Assembly: GCA_028866155.1 (NCBI GenBank) | Contig: JAGWIT010000001.1 | Span: 165 to 64,164 of the forward strand | DNA: 64,000 nt | Origin: Patescibacteria group bacterium | Lineage (GTDB): Bacteria; Patescibacteriota; Minisyncoccia; Phycocordibacterales; SBAW01 | Reading direction: 5' to 3' | In this document: piece by piece, positions 46,947-54,068 of the stretch | Numbering within the stretch: the stretch's first letter is position 1 | Layout: each line of letters opens with the position of its first letter | Notes under the pieces: generated by a model | The model's database searches: none | The model's input: the letters and a program-made list of their open reading frames with translations, nothing else | What the model was told of the DNA's origin: nothing | Program-made: the position numbers and the translations under genes

Positions 46947-48173
46947 ATGGAGGAGCGCGACCACAAGAAGCTGGGCCCCGAACTTGAGCTTTTTTATATT
47001 GATCAGACAGTCGGTAAAGGGCTGCCTATGTTTTTACCTAAGGGCGCAACGCTCAAGCGCGAGCTCGAACGGTTTGTGATAGAAGAAGAGCTCAAGCGCG
47101 GCTATCTCCATGTGCATACGCCCGACCTGGCAAAGCTCGAACTATACGAAAAAAGCGGTCACTACCCTCACTACAAAGATTCGATGTACGCGCCTATTGA
47201 AATAGACGACGAGAAGTACATGCTGCGCCCGATGACCTGTCCGCATCATTTTCAGCTTTATCTCTCCAAACCACACAGCTATCGCGAACTTCCCATGCGT
47301 ATCGCAGAGCTCGCGCAACTCTACCGTTATGAGCAATCGGGCGAGCTTATGGGCCTGCAGCGGGTACGCACCTTTTGCCTTGCGGACGCCCATATTATCT
47401 GTGCCGACGAAGAGCAAGCGGCCGACGAGGTAAGCAATGCGCTCGATCTTATCGAACACATGGCCGGCGTCTTTGGTCTCAAGCTAGAAGCAGACTACCG
47501 TTTCCGCCTCTCACTCGGCGACCGCGCCAATACCGAAAAATATTATAAAAATGACGCAGCGTGGGAAAAGAGCGAGGGACTGTTGCGCGAGGTTATGCAA
47601 AAGCGCGGCGAAAAGTTTGAAGAAGCAAAGGATGAAGCCGCATTTTATGGGCCCAAGATTGACGTGCAGATGAAGAATGTTAACGGCAAAGAAGACACGG
47701 CCTTTACCGTTCAATATGACTTTTGCATGCCCGACCGCTTCAATCTCACCTACGTGGGCGAAGACGGCAAAGATCATCGCGCCTTTGTCGTGCATCGCTC
47801 TTCAATAGGCGCCATCGAACGCATCATGGCTTTTCTTATCGAGAAGTATGCGGGCGCGTTCCCTCTTTGGCTCTCGCCAGTGCAGGCGCGCATACTCCCG
47901 ATTGCCGGCACGCATAAAGATTTTGCTCAAAATGTTTTAAGTCAATTCAAACAGGCCGGCATCCGAGCCGAGCTCGACGAGAGCAACGAGACGCTCGGCA
48001 AAAAGATACGCGAGGCCAAAACGCAAAAGATCCCCTATATGCTGGTCATTGGCGACCAAGAAGTGGCCTACAAAACCGCGACACTCGAGAGCCGCGATAA
48101 AGGCAAAATCGGGACGCTTTCAATAGACGAAATCGTTTCAAAGTTGAATGAAGAAATAAAGGCACGGGTATAA
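46947..48173 (+). CDS. thrS: Threonyl-tRNA synthetase, catalytic core plus anticodon-binding domain only (N-terminal TGS/editing domains absent)
   Basis: The protein starts at the ThrRS core motif (RDHKKLG, class II motifs) and runs through the anticodon-binding domain. At 408 aa it is about 230 aa shorter than canonical ThrRS at the N-terminus. Confidence 0.75.
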   Translation: MEERDHKKLGPELELFYIDQTVGKGLPMFLPKGATLKRELERFVIEEELKRGYLHVHTPDLAKLELYEKSGHYPHYKDSMYAPIEIDDEKYMLRPMTCPHHFQLYLSKPHSYRELPMRIAELAQLYRYEQSGELMGLQRVRTFCLADAHIICADEEQAADEVSNALDLIEHMAGVFGLKLEADYRFRLSLGDRANTEKYYKNDAAWEKSEGLLREVMQKRGEKFEEAKDEAAFYGPKIDVQMKNVNGKEDTAFTVQYDFCMPDRFNLTYVGEDGKDHRAFVVHRSSIGAIERIMAFLIEKYAGAFPLWLSPVQARILPIAGTHKDFAQNVLSQFKQAGIRAELDESNETLGKKIREAKTQKIPYMLVIGDQEVAYKTATLESRDKGKIGTLSIDEIVSKLNEEIKARV

Positions 48174-48258
48174 ACAAAAAAATCCCCCAACTGAATATCA
48201 GAAGTGGGATTTTTTTTATAAACGGGGCACTTACATTAGGAATGCATACTTCTTATAT

Positions 48259-49254
48259 TTAAGCCGTTCGGCTTCTAGGGCGGTTTATCTGCGAGAGAAT
48301 AAAATCATCTATCACATCCTCCTGTGTCGATTGAATCGGTGCGCTTACTTGCACCGCAGACGGGTTAAGGATGGCCGCTATCTGTTGGGCGAGCGCGTTA
48401 ATGTCGAGTGCGGCTTGCGAAGGCGAACCTTGCTGGACGCGAACGCCGACGGAGTCTGCGACGGAGGGTGAGCGGGAAGCAAGGTTCGCCGAAGCATTGC
48501 CGAAAAGAAAGTTCTTCATCGCGCGGAAGATGCGATTTTGCACGCGCTTGACGACGATGAGGTAGGCTGCGGCGAGGCACCAGAGGATAAGGAATCCCCA
48601 GTACGCTATCGTGCCCCAAAAGCCGAGGTCAAGACCGGTGTACGGCACCGCCGAGAGCGAGACATACGGAGTGCTGTTGTAAGCAATGGGCTGAGGGCAC
48701 ACCGGATAGCCGATACAGCCGCACGTGTTGCAGACCGGGGTCGGATTATTATAAACGACCGGCGGATTATTGTAGATGACAGGCTGGGGTGCCGGGTTGG
48801 TGACAGTAGTAACCGTCGTCGGCGAGCTCACCGTCGTGTTGCAGCTGTTGATCGCAGTGCACGAGTTGCCGTTGTCGATGACATTGGTGTTGACGTTGGT
48901 ATTTGAAGGAAGGTAAGAAGAACCGAGATATCCGCCGCCCATGAGATATCCGCCGCCGAGATACGAGCTGGTCATGTAGCCTGAGGAGCCCAAGTAATCG
49001 GAGGAGTATGAAGAGGGGTAATAATCCATGGAGCCGTAGTTGGCGGGATAATAATCCATGGAGCCATAGCTGGTTGGATAGTAATCCATGGAGCCATAGT
49101 CGGTGGTAGTGGGATAATAATCCATGGAGCCATAGTTACCGAAATCGTCCGCATGAGCAGGAGCGGCAGCGAAGGCGAGCGGGAGTATCATCAAAATTGC
49201 CGCCATAGAAGCGATACCGAGATTGCGAGACATAATTTTACTAAGCGTATTCAT
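48259..49254 (-). CDS. Surface protein with four YGSMDYYP tandem repeats, a Ser/Thr/Asn-rich region, a Cys-rich segment, a VPYTG motif before a TM helix, and a 94-aa cytoplasmic tail
   Basis: Signal peptide. Repeats at aa 41-80. The stretch AVPYTGLDLGFWGTIAYWGFLILWCLAAAYLIVVKR resembles a sortase sorting signal. SD GGAG and a TTGACA-17-TACAAG promoter lie upstream. Confidence 0.55.
   Translation of the reverse strand: MNTLSKIMSRNLGIASMAAILMILPLAFAAAPAHADDFGNYGSMDYYPTTTDYGSMDYYPTSYGSMDYYPANYGSMDYYPSSYSSDYLGSSGYMTSSYLGGGYLMGGGYLGSSYLPSNTNVNTNVIDNGNSCTAINSCNTTVSSPTTVTTVTNPAPQPVIYNNPPVVYNNPTPVCNTCGCIGYPVCPQPIAYNSTPYVSLSAVPYTGLDLGFWGTIAYWGFLILWCLAAAYLIVVKRVQNRIFRAMKNFLFGNASANLASRSPSVADSVGVRVQQGSPSQAALDINALAQQIAAILNPSAVQVSAPIQSTQEDVIDDFILSQINRPRSRTA
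49015..49134 (-). repeat. Four ~30-bp in-frame tandem repeats encoding YGSMDYYP
   Basis: Repeated CCATGGAGCCATAG(T/C)... units are visible on the plus strand at 49020-49140. Confidence 0.7.
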
Positions 49255-49428
49255 ATATTTTTTTTATTTTCTCCGGCCCTGCTGAGGTCCAGACCAAAGC
49301 CTTGTACCAAAACTTAATAATTGTGTCAATACCCCACGCCCCAGGCTCAATCTTAAAATTAAGCTCAGAGAATGAGGGCTCTCCGAAGAGAGCCCAGAGG
49401 AACATCAAGCGGATATCCCTCCAAAGTG

Positions 49429-50082
49429 TCACCGGCAGTCGGATGCGCAACGGACGCCACCGTTGCCTATCGGCCAGCACTTGTTGGTGCGGACCAGTTG
49501 CCGGGGTGGCAGACACTCGGCTGCCCTGTTCACCCGGACGAGATCATAATCTCGCCCGTGGCTGCGAACTTGGAGCGAACCGGCCGACACGTTATCGAAC
49601 GTGTCGGAACGGGGCGGCACGCCCTTGCCGTATGCCGGAGGCGGACGATAGTATGCCTGCTGTCTGCCTTCAACTGGCGCGGCTGATGGCGCAACTGCCA
49701 CCTTCGGGCAGGTTTCCATCTGCTTTTGGAAACCCTCGGCGGTCATGCCGTCGAGCTTCCTTGCTGCTTCATCCGCCAACTGTGGCGACCAGGAACCCCT
49801 ACAAACGGAGGTGAATTCTCTCCACCTCTGTGACCCCACCGCATATTCTCCCGACTTGGGCTCGGCTGCGGAGCGGGCTTGAGGCGCCGACTGAGCCGCG
49901 AGCTGTTCTTTCAGCTCCTTTATTTGCTGCTCAAGCGCCGCGATTTTTGGGGCGACTCTGGCGTCGACACGCTTGTCGACGCCAGACTGTATCGCATGAC
50001 CCTCTTTAATAGGGTCATGCGTCTGCGCCATAGCCGCCGAAGCGGACATGCCACAAACGAGGAGAGCGGCGAACTTCCACAT
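49429..50082 (-). CDS. Secreted hypothetical protein with coiled-coil segment
   Basis: The start is taken at the internal ATG 50082 (MWKFAALLVCGMSASAAMA signal peptide), preceded by the SD AGAGGA. The island promoter motif lies upstream. Confidence 0.4.
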   Translation of the reverse strand: MWKFAALLVCGMSASAAMAQTHDPIKEGHAIQSGVDKRVDARVAPKIAALEQQIKELKEQLAAQSAPQARSAAEPKSGEYAVGSQRWREFTSVCRGSWSPQLADEAARKLDGMTAEGFQKQMETCPKVAVAPSAAPVEGRQQAYYRPPPAYGKGVPPRSDTFDNVSAGSLQVRSHGRDYDLVRVNRAAECLPPRQLVRTNKCWPIGNGGVRCASDCR

Positions 50083-50312
50083 TGTTTTTATCCTCTGTGT
50101 ATTTGTGAAGACCTGCCCCTTAGTCAGTCCGCCAAGGGGCGGCAAAGGGTTTGTGATTCAATCTTACACTACCTAGGGCATTTTGTCAATACCCTTTCGT
50201 GAAAACCCGATTTTGGCCTTATGCAAAGCCCTAATCGGGAAATAACGAATACGAACAAAAAAAATATGGAGGGCAGGCGATGTTTAGCACATCGCCTGCC
50301 GACCATGGAACC

Positions 50313-51359
50313 CTACTTGTCGCCAGCGATGGCGTCGCGGAGATCTGCATAGTAGGAATCCGGCACGGGGGTGTTGACCTTCTTGTCCACGGCATCGGCT
50401 CTGTCGTTGAGACTGCGGATGTCAGACTTCAGGCCATCAACCGACTGAGTGATGCTATCGACGCTCCCCTTCAACTCTTTCGTCGACTCCTGTATTACCT
50501 CAGCAAGCTTGCTGATGTCATCGGGAGTAACCGAGGGAGTCGTAGTCTCGACTTTTGTCATTTGTTGCTGCTGCTTGCCGTCCTGCGTTTTTGGTGAAAT
50601 GCTGTACCACTGAAGCCCCAGTGCCACAACCAAGATTACACAGGCCACAACAGCAATACGCCCAGAGCCAACCTTGGGACTTTGAATCCGCGGGGCAGCC
50701 GAAGCGCGCCTGCGCGCGCGCCAGCTTTGAAGGCGTTCGCGCATACTTCGAAACAGCCACGAAACGCCGCGGCCGAGCTTGACCGCACCGTTTCGAAAGC
50801 GCTCGAACCAGCTCGGTTTAATGGCAATCTCGTCGGGCTTTTTCGGCCGAATCGTCCCGATATCCTCCATTTTCAACTTTTGGATTTCATCCTTGACCGA
50901 ACGCATTTCGGCAATTACGCCTTTAAATTGGTCGGCCAACAAGATAAGCACCCCGTTGAGATGTTTGTTCTCGTCGGAAAAAAGCGCCGCAATCCGCACA
51001 TCGAGCTTGCGGAAAAGTTGTTCGTGAAGTTCTTCTTCGTACTTGAGGATGTCCTTCCAATGCGTGGTTGGATCCTCCAGATAGATCTTGAGCGCGTCAA
51101 TGATGCTGGCGAGCCTTTCGACTTCACCTCTGAGTTCACTGATCGTCTTTTCGACCCTCTGAGTTTGGGCCTGTCGCTCATAAATCTCGACCTGGTTTAT
51201 AGCCTTAGAGATGTCAGCCTTGATCTCGGGGACGTGGTTTTTAAATGGCGACTCGGCGTATGGGCCTTTCGGCTCGCCCGCTTTATTCACCTGCCGCCAC
51301 GAACCATTTTTATCTTGCGCGACGCGCTGACCATGGGCGTTGATATGAATCTTAGCCAT
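50313..51359 (-). CDS. Coiled-coil membrane protein (single mid-protein TM helix), hypothetical
   Basis: N-terminal ~230 aa are coiled-coil-rich, then a TM helix (RIAVVACVILVVALGL), then a ~100-aa C-terminal domain. SD AAGGAAG. Confidence 0.4.
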   Translation of the reverse strand: MAKIHINAHGQRVAQDKNGSWRQVNKAGEPKGPYAESPFKNHVPEIKADISKAINQVEIYERQAQTQRVEKTISELRGEVERLASIIDALKIYLEDPTTHWKDILKYEEELHEQLFRKLDVRIAALFSDENKHLNGVLILLADQFKGVIAEMRSVKDEIQKLKMEDIGTIRPKKPDEIAIKPSWFERFRNGAVKLGRGVSWLFRSMRERLQSWRARRRASAAPRIQSPKVGSGRIAVVACVILVVALGLQWYSISPKTQDGKQQQQMTKVETTTPSVTPDDISKLAEVIQESTKELKGSVDSITQSVDGLKSDIRSLNDRADAVDKKVNTPVPDSYYADLRDAIAGDK

Positions 51360-51510
51360 TTTGCTTCCTTTCTATCCCGCAATGCGGGAGTTGTGATGAA
51401 CTTCATCCGGCGATTAACCTGCCCCCACCGGTGTTGGGGGTTCCTCTAAACCACAAGTGGTTTACAGGAACATATGCGACCACCTACAAAATAGATGAGC
51501 GAATATGAAC

Positions 51511-51563
51511 CAATAAAGAATTAAAAAGAAATTCCTGCGAGGCGCCGAGCTTTGGCGCCTCGC
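51511..51563 (-). terminator. Intrinsic terminator for the 51571-52125 gene
   Basis: GCGAGGCGCC-GAGCTTT-GGCGCCTCGC perfect 10-bp stem at 51537-51563. AGGAATTTCTTTTTAATTC follows on the minus strand. Confidence 0.55.
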
Positions 51564-51570
51564 GAGAAAG

Positions 51571-52125
51571 TTAGTGACCTTTGATGGGAAGATCGCCCCA
51601 ACGTGCCCCGAAGCTCACGCCTGTCTTAACGATAACCGTTTGGTTGAGTGCTCCCTCGGTGAACTGCTCTTGCTCGGTCGGCCAACGTTGTGCCTCCGGC
51701 CACTCAAGCGCTTTGAGAGCTAGTTGTGGATCGGGCCAGGCAGTATGTTTGGGCGCTTCTTTCTTTGTCTCCTCTTTTGGGGGCATTGGCAAAGCCGCCG
51801 TCTGTTTTACCGCTTGAGGAGGCTGAGTCTTTTGCATTTGCTGCGACTTTTCTGCAGCCTCGTTGACCGCCACACAGTGCTCGGCCACGCCCGAAATCAC
51901 ATGGTCGAGCGTTCCCCAAGAACTCGCAAGGAATGCGTAGATGAGAGAGTCGGGATACTGTTTGTCTGGCTGGCAGCGGTGTATGGCTGCATACCGTTTG
52001 CCATACGCAAACGACCAGTCATGTTTTTGCTGGATGGTCAACGTCTCCCAGGTCTGTTGATCCATCGCCGACGCAGTTGCCGCCGCCGCAAAAAACAGTA
52101 GTACAACAAGCATGAGATTTTTCAT
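51571..52125 (-). CDS. Secreted hypothetical protein
   Basis: The start is taken at the internal ATG (MKNLMLVVLLFFAAAATASA signal peptide). The upstream 57 codons of the listed ORF are a probable artefact. Confidence 0.4.
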   Translation of the reverse strand: MKNLMLVVLLFFAAAATASAMDQQTWETLTIQQKHDWSFAYGKRYAAIHRCQPDKQYPDSLIYAFLASSWGTLDHVISGVAEHCVAVNEAAEKSQQMQKTQPPQAVKQTAALPMPPKEETKKEAPKHTAWPDPQLALKALEWPEAQRWPTEQEQFTEGALNQTVIVKTGVSFGARWGDLPIKGH

Positions 52126-52214
52126 CTCGTACTCCTCCTTTCTGCTTCCTGTGTTGTGAAGAACTACCTCTTTTTGCAGAGGCATAGCCGCGCGCCCCTC
52201 GAAGTAAATAGGAT

Positions 52215-52856
52215 TTACCTCGGGACGAGCGAGTATGCCCCTACAAAGTCGGCTGAGACGACGAACCGGTTGGTCTTGTCGGCGAACGAGTCGCACGTCG
52301 AGAGCACGAGGTGTCTGCCATCCGTCGGAAGTTCTACCACATCCTCGGTGGCATCGGCAACCCTCACGCCAACGACGCTGTAGCGATACTCGGTGGTGTC
52401 CGAGTAAACGCTCACGATGTCGCCGGTCTTGAGATTCTGGATGCCGTCGAAGGTTTTGTAGTACTGGTGATAGACAATAGGCAGGTAGGACGAATGGCCG
52501 AAGAGATACACCGTGCCGTCAACGCCAAGAAGCGATGAAGTCGGGTAGCGCACCGCTCCCTGCGTGAGCGCATCGTCCAAAATGCCGGCATCGGTCGACA
52601 CCGGATTTTGTACCGCGACATCCAGACCGATCGACTTGGCAACCACGCGGACAGGGTTCTCGGGTTGGTCGGCTGCGGCAGGCGTGTTGGTGGTTTGCGG
52701 CGCGTTCGCCGAGTCCGTAGAGTTAAGCGGGTTTGGAGTTGCACCCACCGCCGCCAGAAACGCGGATGTGCCGACGAACATGAGTAAAAACACCGCCGCA
52801 AAGGCAAACGGGTGTTCAGAAATGTGGAAGATGGCTCCTTGGCCGGGGCGCTCCAT
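52215..52856 (-). CDS. Sortase-family transpeptidase (membrane-anchored)
   Basis: N-terminal TM anchor. The His region is LFGHSS. The catalytic TLxTC-type motif is HLVLSTCDSF. A conserved Arg is present (NRFVVSADFVG). Confidence 0.7.
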   Translation of the reverse strand: MERPGQGAIFHISEHPFAFAAVFLLMFVGTSAFLAAVGATPNPLNSTDSANAPQTTNTPAAADQPENPVRVVAKSIGLDVAVQNPVSTDAGILDDALTQGAVRYPTSSLLGVDGTVYLFGHSSYLPIVYHQYYKTFDGIQNLKTGDIVSVYSDTTEYRYSVVGVRVADATEDVVELPTDGRHLVLSTCDSFADKTNRFVVSADFVGAYSLVPR

Positions 52857-52944
52857 AGCGGTGAATAGCCTACACTATTTAACCATATTTGTCAATGCCC
52901 TCTACTAGGCAATAATTGCGAGAACTTGACAAGCAAACGGCGCT

Positions 52945-54030
52945 ATGGTAGCTTTGCGCCGTATGGAAACACAAGAGAAGCCCTCCGTGTGGGACATATT
53001 TCTCCGGACTATTGCGGTCTTGGGGCTCATCGCCGTCTTATTGCTCGGCGCATGGGGCATTATCCAACTTGCAGTCTCGCTCCCCTCTGTTTTCGGCGGC
53101 ATCGGCAACAGCGTTTCGTCGCTCTTCAGCGGCGGCGCTCACAAAGAGACGCTCGCGGTCTCGGCGCCTTCGAGCGCCGCCTCAAGCCAGCAGATTACCG
53201 TGTCATGGACGCACCAAAACGGCAACGGTGATTATGCATACTCTCTCTCTTACGCCTGCCAAAACGGACTCTCGCTTAAGGCGCCCCTCCCCACCGGCAG
53301 CTACCAAACTATCGCCTGCAACACGCCGTTTAATTTCGTGAATGCAAGCGCACACATGATTGTCATCCCGGTGGCGAGCGTCTCGCAACCTGTCCCGCTC
53401 ACGCTCACCGTTACGGCAACACAGCTCTCGACCGGAGCAATCACTACGACCGGTTCGGCGACGACCAACATCACCGGCACCGCGACGCAGCCGAAGACCA
53501 GCGCCTACACCTCGCCCGCTCCGACCATGTCATACCAGCCGGCTCCGGTGCGCGCGACGCTCTACGGCTACCCCGACCTCGCGGTCCGCTATGTCGGCGT
53601 CGTGCCGCAAGGCGGTCTCACCGCGCTTCAGTTTAGCGTCGAGAACAACGGCACCAACGTGACGCCCGCGGGCTGGACATTTAACGCACAGCTGCCGGTT
53701 AACGGCGGATACACGTTCGTGAGCCAGCCGCAGCAGGCGCTCTATCCGGGCGACAAGATCCTCTACACATTGAGCTTCCAAACGCCGAGCCAATATCAAA
53801 CCGGCTATCCGTACGGGTACACCTCAAACGGATATGGCTATACGGGACAAGGCAGCTATGCCTGCAGCGGCTATATCCCCTGCATACCGCCGACGCAGTA
53901 CGGATATCCGTATCAAAATTATGGATACGGCTACACCGGCAGCGTAACGATAATGGTTGACCCGTACAACTACATCCCAGAGCTCAACAAAATAAACAAC
54001 CGACTCACGGTCCCCCTCTCGGTGTACTAA
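52945..54030 (+). CDS. Membrane-anchored surface protein with a Thr-rich region and a C-terminal CARDB-like domain
   Basis: N-terminal TM helix, TGTATQ/TTTG low complexity, and a C-terminal GSVTIMVDPYNYIPELNKINN motif resembling CARDB domains. Confidence 0.4.
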   Translation: MVALRRMETQEKPSVWDIFLRTIAVLGLIAVLLLGAWGIIQLAVSLPSVFGGIGNSVSSLFSGGAHKETLAVSAPSSAASSQQITVSWTHQNGNGDYAYSLSYACQNGLSLKAPLPTGSYQTIACNTPFNFVNASAHMIVIPVASVSQPVPLTLTVTATQLSTGAITTTGSATTNITGTATQPKTSAYTSPAPTMSYQPAPVRATLYGYPDLAVRYVGVVPQGGLTALQFSVENNGTNVTPAGWTFNAQLPVNGGYTFVSQPQQALYPGDKILYTLSFQTPSQYQTGYPYGYTSNGYGYTGQGSYACSGYIPCIPPTQYGYPYQNYGYGYTGSVTIMVDPYNYIPELNKINNRLTVPLSVY

Positions 54031-54068
54031 TCGAAACTTATATCCTCTGCTTATATTTAAACTTGGAC

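Noticed and set aside
49015-49134. Possible CRISPR-like repeat array
   Set aside because: The repeats are ~30-bp in-frame coding units for YGSMDYYP inside an ORF. There are no unique spacers of uniform length and no cas genes.
49302-49814. 170-aa and 104-aa plus-strand ORFs in the island
   Set aside because: They overlap the minus-strand secreted-protein gene and its promoter region. They have no translation signals and Arg-rich composition.
48200-54040. Calling the island a mobile element
   Set aside because: No integrase, transposase, flanking direct repeats or tRNA-adjacent attachment site was found. The tRNA-Thr is 7 kb away. Only composition and gene content suggest acquisition.
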